Positions 27,750 to 37,837 of a stretch of DNA of 64,000 nucleotides are shown in pieces. The translations under genes and the position numbers were made by a program. Numbering within the stretch: the stretch's first letter is position 1; the number at the start of each line of letters is the position of its first letter. Source of the DNA: Paracoccaceae bacterium (lineage in GTDB: Bacteria; Pseudomonadota; Alphaproteobacteria; Rhodobacterales; Rhodobacteraceae); the NCBI GenBank assembly GCA_011389685.1, contig JAABTV010000008.1, positions 2,823 through 66,822 of the forward strand, written 5' to 3'. Below the pieces are notes generated by a model. That model saw only the letters and a program-made list of their open reading frames with translations. It had not been told where the DNA came from and made no database searches.

Positions 27750-28855
27750 CACGCGGCTTCTCGATTTACCTGGACCTGCTCCGCTTTGGTGCTGCTTTCG
27801 TGGTTCTGTTGTCGCATTTCGCCTATCCGCGCTATTCCGAGGGGCGGTGGCTGTGGGTACGTGACCTCAATCTGGGGAGCGATGCAGTCATTGTGTTCTT
27901 CGTGCTGTCGGGGCTTGTGATCGCGCTCGTGGCGGAGCGCAAGCGGACCGGGCTGCGCGGGTTCGCCTTTGACAGGATCACCCGGCTGGTGTCGGTTGCC
28001 TTCCCTGCACTGGTGATCGGCTTTTTGCTGGACCGGGCCGGAACCTGGGTGGCGCGGGACGCCTATTCAGGCTGGTTCCATAACCCTTTGCCATTCTGGG
28101 AACATATGCTGCGTGGTCTGACCTTCTCCAACGAATGGGGGGGAATGGCCACACGACTGGGCACGAACGGGCCGTATTGGTCACTGAGCTACGAAGCCGC
28201 ATTCTACGGCCTGTTCGCGGTAGGCTTTTACATGCGCGGTGCGCGGCGGTTGGCGTTGCTGGCTCTCGGTGCATGGGTTTTTGGTCTCAACATCCTGCTG
28301 CTCATGCCCGCTTGGTTGATGGGTGTCTGGCTCTATGGGCGGATCGCAAGCGCCCGGCTGCCAGAGGGCAAGGCTGCGCTGGTTCTGGCGGTGCTGCCAG
28401 TGCTGGCCTATGGCTGTGCATTGGGGTTGGACCTGCCGGACCGCATGCAGGCACTCACCGGCCCGCTGGACAGGGCATGGAATCTGCGATTCTCGGATGA
28501 GCCGATCTGGAACGTGCTGCTGAGTCTCATGGTGGTGACGCATCTAACCGGCATGGCCGGATTGTTGAGCGAACGCAGTCTGGCGCGGTCCGCCCCGGTT
28601 GCAGCGCGGCTGGCGGGAGGCAGCTTCTCGCTCTATCTCCTCCATTACCCGGTCTTGCAGTTCTTGAGCAGCGTCTTGCCCGGGATGGAGTATCCGGTGT
28701 TGGAAGATCTGATAATGCTTGGCGCGGTTCTGGCGCTCTGCGCGTTGTTTGCGCAGGCGTTTGAGCGGCCTTTGGCACTGTGGCGCGCGCTGGCACAGCA
28801 CATTTGGGGCAAGCTTGAAAAGGCCATGCTGCGCCAAGCCATCGCGAGCGACTGA
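27746..28855 (+). CDS. Acyltransferase family 3 (OafA-like membrane O-acyltransferase)
   Basis: LDLLRF, VFFVLSG, YWSLSYE, SFSLYLLHYP; ATGA overlap with the desaturase. Confidence 0.9.
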   Translation: MTRGFSIYLDLLRFGAAFVVLLSHFAYPRYSEGRWLWVRDLNLGSDAVIVFFVLSGLVIALVAERKRTGLRGFAFDRITRLVSVAFPALVIGFLLDRAGTWVARDAYSGWFHNPLPFWEHMLRGLTFSNEWGGMATRLGTNGPYWSLSYEAAFYGLFAVGFYMRGARRLALLALGAWVFGLNILLLMPAWLMGVWLYGRIASARLPEGKAALVLAVLPVLAYGCALGLDLPDRMQALTGPLDRAWNLRFSDEPIWNVLLSLMVVTHLTGMAGLLSERSLARSAPVAARLAGGSFSLYLLHYPVLQFLSSVLPGMEYPVLEDLIMLGAVLALCALFAQAFERPLALWRALAQHIWGKLEKAMLRQAIASD

Positions 28856-29030
28856 ACCACTGCCCGCTTCCATGGTTGCCCCGCCGCGACTGGTCGAGAA
28901 GTCCGGGCCGCAACGCCGGGGGTGGGTTTGCGGCGTGTCGGGTGGGTGTTGTGCGCCTTTCGAGTTGGCCCGGACAGGACCGCCTGGCGCGATCCTGTCC
29001 GCGAACGCCCCGTCCGCCGGGGCGCGGGTG

Positions 29031-30467
29031 TCATGCGGCGAGTTTCTTGCCCGGTTGCCCGGATGCTTCCACGAAAGCCCCGTGCAACAGCGCGATCGCC
29101 TTGTCGCAATCGTCTTTGGCGACGACGAACTGCACATCGACGCTGCCCGGCACGTGCTGCACCGCGCGCACCCCGACTTCGCCCTCGCGCAGCGCGGCCA
29201 GACCGCGTTCGACGCTGTGCAACCCGTCGAGGCTGCGCCCGATCACGGCGACCAGCGCCAGCCGGGTGAGCCGCAGCTCGGCATTGGGGAAATGCGCGCC
29301 AAGGTCGCGTTCGACCCGGCGCAGGGCCTTGCGCGAGGCATCGAGGTAGTGGGTGATGGTGTTGGCATTGGTGGCCTTGGACACGATCCGCACCTTGTGA
29401 CGTGCCAGAACCTCCAGCACCTTGGCGTCATAGCCCTTGACCCCCACCATGTCCTGTTCGAAGATCTCGAACGCCGTCACCGGCAAGCCGGTCACGATCT
29501 CGACCACCGCGCTCTGGCTCGGTTCCTCGTCGATCAGGGTGCCCGGATCGTCGGGATCGAACGCATTGGCCACGCGCAGCGGAATCCCCGCCCTGCGCAG
29601 GATCTTGGCGGCGTTGGGGTGGATCGCCTCCATCCCCAGATTTGAAAGCTGATCGGCCACGTCGTAATTGGTGTGCCCCAGCTTGCGCACCGCGTCCTCG
29701 CCGACCAGCTTGGGGTCGGTCGAACTGAGGTGGAACTCCTTGTGGATGATCGCCTCGGCGGCCTGCGTCTGCGCGGCGATGTTCGAGAAGGTGACCTCGG
29801 AATAGCCACGGTCATATTCGCGCATCAATCCTTCGCTGCACTGGGCATAGCCGGTCACGATCGGCAATTCGCTGGCGATATCGACATCCGCGAAGCCGGA
29901 CGCGATCCGCTCTTCGAGGGTGTATTCGTTCTCGTCGCGCCAGCCCGACAGGTCGACGAAGCGCGCATTCACGCCGGCGCGCTGCAACAGCATCGCCGCC
30001 ACGAAGGCCGAATGCGCTTCGCCCAGACCGGCCAGCAATTCGCGCGTGACCGCCATGTGATCGGACAGGCGGAAATGGCCATAGGAGCACAGGCGCTGGA
30101 GGTCGATCAGGCAGGAGCGCGCGCCCTCGATCCGCTCGCGCACGAACTCGCCCGCCTGGGTGCGATCGCCCGGCTGGTCGAGCACCGCCTCATGCGCGAC
30201 GACCATGGCCTCGCTCACCCGGGTCAGCGCGTCGTGCCAGCCATGGGCGCTTTCGTCATTGGCGAACATCTCGTAAACGCCGGCCTCGCCGGTCTTCTTG
30301 TGCTCCAGCAGCAGGTCGGTGATCCCGCCAAAGGCCGACACCACGAAGACCCGGTTGTAAAGCGCGTCCCCCGTGCGGTTGCCGATCAGGAGCGTGTCGC
30401 GCAGTTCATCGAGCCGCGACATCGACGTGCCGCCGATCTTCTCGACGGTGTGTTTCCGGAGTGTCAT
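29031..30467 (-). CDS. ask: Ectoine-cluster aspartate kinase (Ask_Ect)
   Basis: HTVEKIGGTSM, VVSAFGG, DRGYSE; directly downstream of ectC. Confidence 0.93.
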   Translation of the reverse strand: MTLRKHTVEKIGGTSMSRLDELRDTLLIGNRTGDALYNRVFVVSAFGGITDLLLEHKKTGEAGVYEMFANDESAHGWHDALTRVSEAMVVAHEAVLDQPGDRTQAGEFVRERIEGARSCLIDLQRLCSYGHFRLSDHMAVTRELLAGLGEAHSAFVAAMLLQRAGVNARFVDLSGWRDENEYTLEERIASGFADVDIASELPIVTGYAQCSEGLMREYDRGYSEVTFSNIAAQTQAAEAIIHKEFHLSSTDPKLVGEDAVRKLGHTNYDVADQLSNLGMEAIHPNAAKILRRAGIPLRVANAFDPDDPGTLIDEEPSQSAVVEIVTGLPVTAFEIFEQDMVGVKGYDAKVLEVLARHKVRIVSKATNANTITHYLDASRKALRRVERDLGAHFPNAELRLTRLALVAVIGRSLDGLHSVERGLAALREGEVGVRAVQHVPGSVDVQFVVAKDDCDKAIALLHGAFVEASGQPGKKLAA

Positions 30468-30504
30468 TCCATTCGGCCCGGAGGTCTCGCCCCAGGCCCC
30501 TCTT

Positions 30505-30897
30505 TCAGCTGGTTTCAAGCGCGTAGGAGCCGTCTTCCTGGTGCACTTCGTTGCCGGTGACCGGCGGGTTGAAGCAGCACGCCATCACAAGCTCTTCCTC
30601 GGCCCGCAGGATATGGCGGTCATGCTTGTCGAGCGCATAGACCACGCCGGGGTGAATATCGTGCGTCTCGCCGGTGGCGATGTCGGTGATCGTGCCCTTG
30701 CCCTTCATGCAATAGACGCTCTCGAAATGGTTCTTGTATTCGAACTCGTGTTCCGACCCCTCTTCGAGAAAGGTGATGTGGAACGAGAACCCCATCCCGT
30801 CATCGGCCAGCAGCATCCGCACGCTGGTCCATTGCGCGTCGGCCACGACGCGGTCGCGTTCGTTTTCGACGATCTTGTTGAAATCTCTCACGATCAT
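30505..30897 (-). CDS. ectC: L-ectoine synthase
   Basis: [41 protein letters not shown]. Confidence 0.97.
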   Translation of the reverse strand: MIVRDFNKIVENERDRVVADAQWTSVRMLLADDGMGFSFHITFLEEGSEHEFEYKNHFESVYCMKGKGTITDIATGETHDIHPGVVYALDKHDRHILRAEEELVMACCFNPPVTGNEVHQEDGSYALETS

Positions 30898-30901
30898 TGG
30901 G

Positions 30902-32188
30902 TCACTCCGCTGCCATCTTGTGGGTGTCCAGAACCTCGCGCGCGGACTCGAGCAGGATGCCCAACCCCTTGCGCAGCGTCTCTTCGGACGTTGTCAGTGG
31001 CGCGAGGATCTTGACCACCTCATCATCGGGGCCCGATGTCTCGATCACAAGGCCCTTCTTGAAGGCGCGCGCGCAAATCTCGCCGGCCAGGTCGCCCGAC
31101 CCGACATCGACGCCGCGCATCAGCCCCCGGCCCTTCATCTTGGCACCGTCCACCATCAGGGCAAGGCTGGCCAGCCCCTCGGCGATCAGGTCGGCCTTCA
31201 CGGCCAGATCCTTCTCGAAGGTGTCATCCTTCCAGAATTTCTCGATCGCGACCTTCGCGGTGAGAAAGGCGTGGGTGTTGCCGCGGAAGGTGCCGTTATG
31301 CTCGGCCGGGCCGAACACGTCATGTTCGGGGCGCACCAGCACGAGGGCCATCGGCAGGCCGAAGCCCGAAACCGATTTCGCCATGGTCACGATATCCGGC
31401 TCGATCCCCATCTTCTCGAAGGAAAAGAACGTGCCGGTCCGGCCACAGCCGGCCTGGATGTCATCGACGATCAACAGCGCGCCGTGTTCACGGGCCAGTT
31501 CGGCCACCCGCTTGACCCATTCGGGCCGCGCGGCGTTGAGTCCGCCCTCGCCCTGCACGGTTTCCAGCATGATCGCGGCGGGCGCGTCCATGCCCGAGGA
31601 GCCGTCGGTCAGCATCTTTTCCAGAAGCTCGACCGTGTCGAAATCCGGGCCCATGTAGCCATCGAACGGCATCCGCGTGACACCGTCGAGCGTGATGCCA
31701 GCGCCACCCCGGTGATAGCCGTTGCCGGTCGCGGCCAGCGCGCCCAGCGTCACGCCGTGAAACCCGTTGGTGAAGGCTATGATATTGGTGCGCCCGGTCA
31801 CCTTGCGGGCCAGCTTCATCGCCGCCTCGACGGCGTTGGCGCCGGTCGGGCCGGTGAACATCACGCGATGATCCATCTCGCGGGGCTGAAGGATATGCTT
31901 TTCGAAGCTTTCGAGGAAATCCGCCTTGACGTTGGTATGAAGGTCCAGCGCATGGGCCAGCCCGTCACCCGTGAGATGCTCCATCAGGGCGTTCTTCATG
32001 TCCGGGTCGTTGTGGCCGTAATTGAGCGAGGAACACCCCGCCAGGAAGTCGATATAGCTGCGCCCCTCGGCATCGGTCATTTCCGAGCCTTGCGCGCTTG
32101 TGAACACCGTGTCGAAGCCACGGCAATAGGAGCGCACTTCGGATTCGCGTCGCTCGAAGACAGAAATGTTGGATGACTGGTCAGTCAT
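30902..32188 (-). CDS. ectB: Diaminobutyrate-2-oxoglutarate transaminase
   Basis: [36 protein letters not shown]. Confidence 0.97.
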   Translation of the reverse strand: MTDQSSNISVFERRESEVRSYCRGFDTVFTSAQGSEMTDAEGRSYIDFLAGCSSLNYGHNDPDMKNALMEHLTGDGLAHALDLHTNVKADFLESFEKHILQPREMDHRVMFTGPTGANAVEAAMKLARKVTGRTNIIAFTNGFHGVTLGALAATGNGYHRGGAGITLDGVTRMPFDGYMGPDFDTVELLEKMLTDGSSGMDAPAAIMLETVQGEGGLNAARPEWVKRVAELAREHGALLIVDDIQAGCGRTGTFFSFEKMGIEPDIVTMAKSVSGFGLPMALVLVRPEHDVFGPAEHNGTFRGNTHAFLTAKVAIEKFWKDDTFEKDLAVKADLIAEGLASLALMVDGAKMKGRGLMRGVDVGSGDLAGEICARAFKKGLVIETSGPDDEVVKILAPLTTSEETLRKGLGILLESAREVLDTHKMAAE

Positions 32189-32249
32189 TGGGTATCCTTT
32201 TGGGATTGCTTGATTTCGGTGTTGGTCGCGGGATCCGCCGGGCCGTCTT

Positions 32250-32786
32250 TCAGGCCGCCTTGCGCATCGTCTCGCGTTCCAGCGTGATCGTGACCAAGTG
32301 TTCGGTCTCGTGGCGCCCGCGGAAATGCAGCGACTGGGTGAAATGGGCCTGGGCGTCGATCTCACCATCGCGCAGATCCGAGAACTTGCGGAACAGCGCC
32401 CAGCTTGCCGAGTTATCGGCGGTGATCGTGGTCTGAAGCCGGTTCACCCCGTCGCATTCGTCGCGTCGGATCAGGTGATCGAGCATCAAGGTGCCAAGCC
32501 CCATGCCGCGCGCCTTGGACGACACGGCGACCTGCCAGACAAAGAACGTCTCGGTGTCATAGGGCAGCACATAGCCCGAGACCCAGCCCATGATCTCGCC
32601 GTCGATCTCGGCCACCACGCAGGTGTCGCGGAAATGATCGGCTTGAAGCAGGTTGCAATACATCGAGTTCTCGTCGAGCGGCTTGCAGCTGCGCACAAGT
32701 TCCCAGATCGCCGCGCCATCGGCGGCCTCGGGCTTGCGCAGAACCGGCTGTGCCTTCTTCCTGAGCTGCTCAATTGCATGGGTCAT
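32250..32786 (-). CDS. ectA: Diaminobutyrate acetyltransferase
   Basis: LDENSMYCNL, FVWQVAV, TTITADN.ASWALF. Confidence 0.96.
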   Translation of the reverse strand: MTHAIEQLRKKAQPVLRKPEAADGAAIWELVRSCKPLDENSMYCNLLQADHFRDTCVVAEIDGEIMGWVSGYVLPYDTETFFVWQVAVSSKARGMGLGTLMLDHLIRRDECDGVNRLQTTITADNSASWALFRKFSDLRDGEIDAQAHFTQSLHFRGRHETEHLVTITLERETMRKAA

Positions 32787-33020
32787 CTGAATGGGCCTCC
32801 TGATTGCTTTGGAAGGCTAAGTAACAACTTTCGGATTTTATTTCAAGTATCAAAGCAGTTTTCCGGGCAGCTTTGCCGATTTCAGCCCTTTTAGGGCGAT
32901 TTCCTTTGTAAATCCTGCATAAATTGCTTAGGCTTTCCTTTGCATAATTGTGATAGGAGGTAATTGATCTTGAACATTCCATCTGCCAACATTCTCGCGT
33001 TTCAGCGCAAGGGGAAGACC

Positions 33021-33497
33021 ATGGACCGCATCGACTCGAGCCTCGTCGCGCTGCGCCGCATCCTGCGCGCGACCGATCTCTACGGGCGTGACCTGGCACA
33101 ATCCGCCGGCCTCACCGCGGCCCAGTTCCGGGTGCTGCAACTGGTCGCGGAAAAGGGCGATGCCACCGCCACCGCGATCGCCCAGCGCATGCGGGTGTCG
33201 CAGGCGACCGTGACCTCGCTTGTCGACAAGCTCGTGGCCAAGGGCCTGGTGGTGCGCGAGAAATCGCAGACCGACCGCCGCCAGATCAATATCTGCATCA
33301 CCGAAAGGGGGCGCGACACCATCGCCGACGCGCCGGACGCGCTGCAACAGCGCTATGTGCGCAAGTTCCAGTCGCTGGAGGACTGGGAACAGGCGATGAT
33401 CGTCTCCGCGCTCGAACGGGTGGCGACGATGCTAGACGCCGAGGATATGGATGCCTCGCCCGTGCTTGACTCGCGCGACATCCGCTCGGGCACCTGA
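33021..33497 (+). CDS. ectR: MarR family regulator divergent from ectABC (EctR/CosR-like)
   Basis: LRRILRA...GLTAAQ, SQATVT, DRR winged-helix motif; position divergent from ectA. Confidence 0.85.
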   Translation: MDRIDSSLVALRRILRATDLYGRDLAQSAGLTAAQFRVLQLVAEKGDATATAIAQRMRVSQATVTSLVDKLVAKGLVVREKSQTDRRQINICITERGRDTIADAPDALQQRYVRKFQSLEDWEQAMIVSALERVATMLDAEDMDASPVLDSRDIRSGT

Positions 33498-33505
33498 TCC
33501 GGGGG

Positions 33506-34165
33506 TCAGAACCGGGGCAGATCGCCCTCGGGGATGACCAGCCCGGCCCCCGTCGCCCCAACCACATCCGCCACGTTCAGCCCCTCGGCAATCTCGCGCA
33601 GGTGAAAGCGCCCCTGCGCCACATCGACCACCGCCATGTCGGTGAACACCCGGTTCACGCAGGCGGCCGCGGTCAGCGGCAGGCTGCACTGCTCCAGCAG
33701 CTTCGGGTTGCCCTTGCGGTCCAGATGCGTGGTCAGGACCACCACCCGGCGCGCCTTTTGCGCCAGTTCGATGCCGCCGCCCGCCCCGGGCGAGAATTTG
33801 CCCGGGATCTTCCAGTTCGCCAGGTCGCCGTTCTGTGCCACCTCGAAGGCGCCCAGCATCGTGAGATCCAGCCGCCCGCTGCGGACCAGCGCGAAACTCA
33901 CCGCGCTGTCAAAGAACGCGCTGCCCGGGATGGTCGAGACATAGGCCCCGCCCGCGTCGATCAGGTTGCGGTCGGCCTGTTCAAAGGGCAGGGTCGGCCC
34001 GATCCCGGAAAGCCCGTTCTCGGTATGCAGGCAGACCGGGAAATCCGCCGCCAGGTGGTCGATCACCCGCGTCGGCAGGCCGATGCCGAGATTGACCACC
34101 ATGCCCGGCGCGATCTCGCGCGCGGCGCGCGCCACCATCCTGTCACGCACGTCTGACAACGCCAT
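33506..34165 (-). CDS. 3-oxoacid CoA-transferase subunit B
   Basis: VNLGIGLPT, TENG (catalytic Glu), GDLANW. Confidence 0.92.
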   Translation of the reverse strand: MALSDVRDRMVARAAREIAPGMVVNLGIGLPTRVIDHLAADFPVCLHTENGLSGIGPTLPFEQADRNLIDAGGAYVSTIPGSAFFDSAVSFALVRSGRLDLTMLGAFEVAQNGDLANWKIPGKFSPGAGGGIELAQKARRVVVLTTHLDRKGNPKLLEQCSLPLTAAACVNRVFTDMAVVDVAQGRFHLREIAEGLNVADVVGATGAGLVIPEGDLPRF

Positions 34166-34838
34166 ACTCCTCGCCCAGCGTGCCGAGCGGCACGACGTGA
34201 TCCACGAACGGCCCCGGCGTGTGCACCTCTTCGGGCGGGATGCCGCCCGGTTTCACCATCTCTTCGACCTCGGCAATCACCCGGTCGGCGGCCATCGCCA
34301 TCAGCGGGCTGAAATTCCGCGCCGCCGCCGCATAGCACAGGTTGCCGAACGTGTCGGCCCGCGCCGCGTGGACCAACGCCACGTCGGCGCGCAGGGCGGT
34401 TTCCAGAACCCCCGCGCGCCCGCCCATGTCGAGGCGCGGCTTGCCCGTCGCCAGTTCGGTCCCGACACCGATATCGGTGACGAAGCCCATCAGCCCGGCC
34501 CCGCCCGCGCGCACCCGCTCGGCCAGCATGCCCTGGGCGCAGAATTCGACCTCGATCTCGCCTGCGTTCATCATCGCCATCGCCCGCGCATTGAGCCCGA
34601 TATGCGTCACGATCAGCTTTTCCACCATCCCCGCCGCCAGCAGGTGATCGACGCCCATGCCCTTTTCGTTGGCGTCGTTCTTGATAATGGTGAGACCCGT
34701 CGGCCCCTGCCGCACCAGTTCACGGATCAGCGCGAAGGGCGTGCCCGGCACGCCGAACCCGCCCAGCATCACCGTGGCACCCGCGCCGATCCGCGACACC
34801 GCGTCTTCGATCGCGCAGCTCTTGTCGGCCAGCTTCAT
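34143..34838 (-). CDS. 3-oxoacid CoA-transferase subunit A
   Basis: GGFGVPGTP, QGMLAERVRAGGAG, ARNFSPLMA. Confidence 0.92.
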   Translation of the reverse strand: MKLADKSCAIEDAVSRIGAGATVMLGGFGVPGTPFALIRELVRQGPTGLTIIKNDANEKGMGVDHLLAAGMVEKLIVTHIGLNARAMAMMNAGEIEVEFCAQGMLAERVRAGGAGLMGFVTDIGVGTELATGKPRLDMGGRAGVLETALRADVALVHAARADTFGNLCYAAAARNFSPLMAMAADRVIAEVEEMVKPGGIPPEEVHTPGPFVDHVVPLGTLGEEYGVVRRA

Positions 34839-35329
34839 GTCACCCCCTCGCGCGCCAGCCGGGCAAAGCGTTCGCCGGCCAGCCCCATCGGCAGATCGTT
34901 GGCGAAGCTTTCGAACCCCAGCCGGTCATAGAAGCGCACCGCGCTGCCATTGTGCCGATTGGCCGTCAGCATGAGATAGGCGGCCCCCCAGCGATCCGCC
35001 GCCATTCGCGCCACGGCGGCCAGCAACCGGCGGCCCAGCCCGCTGCCGCGCTGGTCCGGTGCGATCCAGAGATCCTGCACATAGACCCCCGGTTCGCCCC
35101 GCAGGGTCGAGAAATGGCGGAAATAGAGGCTCATCCCGCAGGCATCCGCCCCGGATTCGGCGATCAGGGCCTCGAAGAACCCGGTGCCCCAGGGGCCGTG
35201 GCGGCGCAGCGCGCCCACATTGCCGGTATGAAGATCATGATCGCCCAGATGCTTCGACAGGGCCCGCAACATCGTGTCCATCGCATCGACATCCCCTTGG
35301 GTCGCCGGACGTATCCGCGCCTCGCTCAC
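34835..35329 (-). CDS. GNAT N-acetyltransferase (SSAT-like)
   Basis: FSTLRGEPGVYVQDLWI..DQRGSGLG, AVRFYDRLGF. Confidence 0.88.
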   Translation of the reverse strand: MSEARIRPATQGDVDAMDTMLRALSKHLGDHDLHTGNVGALRRHGPWGTGFFEALIAESGADACGMSLYFRHFSTLRGEPGVYVQDLWIAPDQRGSGLGRRLLAAVARMAADRWGAAYLMLTANRHNGSAVRFYDRLGFESFANDLPMGLAGERFARLAREGVT

Positions 35330-36666
35330 GCCGCGCGTCCCGTTTCGAGCCCCGCCTCGCCCGCGAAATCCTCAAGCGCGGCGCCCAGCCCCTCGATGAT
35401 CTCGTCGATCCCGTCCTCGCCCACGATCATCGGCGGGCAGACCAGGAAGTGATCGCCCTCGAGCCCGCCGCGCGTGCGCCGCGAATAGATGATCAACCCC
35501 CGGTCATAGGCCAGATCGACCAGCCGGGAATGTGCGTTCAGGTCCTTGGGCAGCGGTGCCATGCTGTCGCGGTCGCTGACCAGTTCGAAGGCCAGCAACA
35601 GCCCCTTGCCGCGCACATCGCCGATGAAGGGAAACCGCTGCATCAGGGCCTCGAGCCGGGATTTGAGACGCGCGCCCATACGGTCGGCGTTGCCGATCAT
35701 GTCGTGGCGCGCGACCTCGTCGAGAACCGCCAACCCGGCGGCACAGGCCAGCGGGTTGCCGGCATAGGTATGGCCATGCACGAACCCGCCCTTGTCGAGC
35801 ACCGCCTCGACGATATCCTCGCGCGCGATCATCGCGCCCAGCGGCACGTATCCGCCGCCGAACCCCTTGGAAATGCAGATGATATCGGGCACCGTCTGCC
35901 AATGCTCGGCGCCCCAGAACTTGCCCGTGCGCCCACCGCCCGACATCACCTCGTCATGGATCAGGAGCACGCCGTAGCGGTCGCAGATCTCGCGGATGCG
36001 CTGCATGTAGCCCGCCGGCGGCACCAAGGCCCCGGTCGAGGCGCCGCCGACCGGTTCGACGATGAAGGCCAGCACCGTTTCCGGCCCCTCGTCGCGGATC
36101 TTCTGCTCCAGCATGTCGGCATAATGATGGCCCGTCGCCACATCGTCGATGTCGAGCCCGTCGAGATAGGCGCGCGGCGCGGGGATTTTCGGCATCCGCA
36201 TCAGCATCGGGTCGAACGGCGCGCTCATCGGGGCATAGCCGGTCACCGCCAGCGCGCCCAGCGTCGCGCCGTGATAGGACGGCATCCGCGAAATCACCTT
36301 GAACCTTTGCGCCTCGCCGGTCGCGATCGCGTATTGGCGGGCCAGCTTGATCGTGCTTTCCACCGCCTCGGAGCCGCCAGAGACGAAGAACACCTTGTCG
36401 AGGCCGGGTGGCGACAGCTCGGCCGTGCGGGCCGCCAGCGTCTCGGAGGCTTCGGTCTGGAAATGCAGCCGGTAGCCGAAGGTCGATTTCTCCATCTGGG
36501 CGCGCATCGCGGCCAGAACGGCGGGGTTGGAATGGCCGATATTGCTGACCATCGCGCCGCTCGATCCGTCAAGGTAACGCTTGCCGGTCTTGTCCCACAT
36601 GTAGATGCCTTCGGCCCGGTCGAGTTCCGGCCGTGCCAGCCGGCTTTGATAAAAAAGATGGCTCAT
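35326..36666 (-). CDS. Class III PLP aminotransferase
   Basis: SGGSEAVE, SYHG, DEVMSGGGRTG, SKG, HGHTY. Confidence 0.93.
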   Translation of the reverse strand: MSHLFYQSRLARPELDRAEGIYMWDKTGKRYLDGSSGAMVSNIGHSNPAVLAAMRAQMEKSTFGYRLHFQTEASETLAARTAELSPPGLDKVFFVSGGSEAVESTIKLARQYAIATGEAQRFKVISRMPSYHGATLGALAVTGYAPMSAPFDPMLMRMPKIPAPRAYLDGLDIDDVATGHHYADMLEQKIRDEGPETVLAFIVEPVGGASTGALVPPAGYMQRIREICDRYGVLLIHDEVMSGGGRTGKFWGAEHWQTVPDIICISKGFGGGYVPLGAMIAREDIVEAVLDKGGFVHGHTYAGNPLACAAGLAVLDEVARHDMIGNADRMGARLKSRLEALMQRFPFIGDVRGKGLLLAFELVSDRDSMAPLPKDLNAHSRLVDLAYDRGLIIYSRRTRGGLEGDHFLVCPPMIVGEDGIDEIIEGLGAALEDFAGEAGLETGRAA

Positions 36667-36669
36667 CTG

Positions 36670-37749
36670 TTACGCCTCGTTGGCCAATACGCTGCAATCA
36701 TCGGGGTTGAGCACCACCGACACCTCGGCCCCTTCGGCGAAGGGCACGCCGTCGATCATGTTCATCGCCTGGAACCGGGTCTCACCGATCCGCACGAAGT
36801 AGCGTGCCAGCTGGCCCTGATAGTCGACCGCCTCGACCACGCCGCGCGTCGATACCGTGCCCTCGGGCGAAGCCCCGTCGGCAAGGTGCAGTTTCTCTGC
36901 CCGCATCACCAGCTTGCCCCTGGTCGCATCGCCCAGGTTGGTGGCCCGGTCGGCATGCAGCGTGATCGCCCCGAAATGCGGCACGTCGAGCGTCACCGTG
37001 TCCGCGCCGCGCCCCTTGACATCGACATCCACGATGTTCGACGCGCCCAGGAAATTGGCCACGAACACGCTGGCCGGGTTGTTGTAGACCTCAGCGGGTG
37101 CGCCGACCTGTTCGACGCGCCCATCGCTCATCACGATGATCTTGTCGGACATGGCCAGGGCTTCGGACTGGTCATGGGTGACGAAGATCGTCGTCACCCC
37201 GATGCGGTGCTGGATCGACTTCAACTCGACCCGCATCTCCTCGCGCAGATTGGCATCGAGCGCCGACAGCGGCTCGTCGAGCAGCAGGACATCGGGTTCG
37301 ATCACAATGGCGCGGGCCATGGCGATGCGCTGTTGCTGACCGCCCGACAACTGGCTGGGATAGCGGTCCTCGACCCCCGGCAGCCGCACGATATCGAGCG
37401 CCTCGGTCACCTTCTGTGCCGCGTCGGCCTTGTTCACGCCCCGGTACTTGAGGCCGAAGGCGATGTTCTCGGCGATGGTGCGATGTGGGAACAGCGCGTA
37501 GTTCTGGAACACCAGCCCCAGGTTGCGCTTGTGGATCGGCACATCGTTGATCCGCTTGCCACCGATCAGGATGTCGCCGCCCGTGGGCCTCTCCAGCCCC
37601 GAGACCATCCGCAGGATCGTCGTCTTGCCACAGCCAGACGGGCCGAGAAGCGTGGTGAACGATCCCTCTTCGAACACCACGTCGGATTCATGCACCGCCT
37701 TGAGAATGCCGAAGGACTTGGTGATCTGCTTGAGTTCGACGCGTGCCAT
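36670..37749 (-). CDS. PotA-like ABC transporter ATP-binding protein
   Basis: GPSGCGKTT, LSGGQQQR, LLDEPLS; start MARVELKQ. Confidence 0.93.
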   Translation of the reverse strand: MARVELKQITKSFGILKAVHESDVVFEEGSFTTLLGPSGCGKTTILRMVSGLERPTGGDILIGGKRINDVPIHKRNLGLVFQNYALFPHRTIAENIAFGLKYRGVNKADAAQKVTEALDIVRLPGVEDRYPSQLSGGQQQRIAMARAIVIEPDVLLLDEPLSALDANLREEMRVELKSIQHRIGVTTIFVTHDQSEALAMSDKIIVMSDGRVEQVGAPAEVYNNPASVFVANFLGASNIVDVDVKGRGADTVTLDVPHFGAITLHADRATNLGDATRGKLVMRAEKLHLADGASPEGTVSTRGVVEAVDYQGQLARYFVRIGETRFQAMNMIDGVPFAEGAEVSVVLNPDDCSVLANEA

Positions 37750-37837
37750 CGCGTGCCATCCCCGTTTTCGGTCGGTTTCTGTTGGGGCCGGGCCGCGCAT
37801 CCGTCGCGCGGCCCGGCCCGGTGGTGTCATGCGTGGA

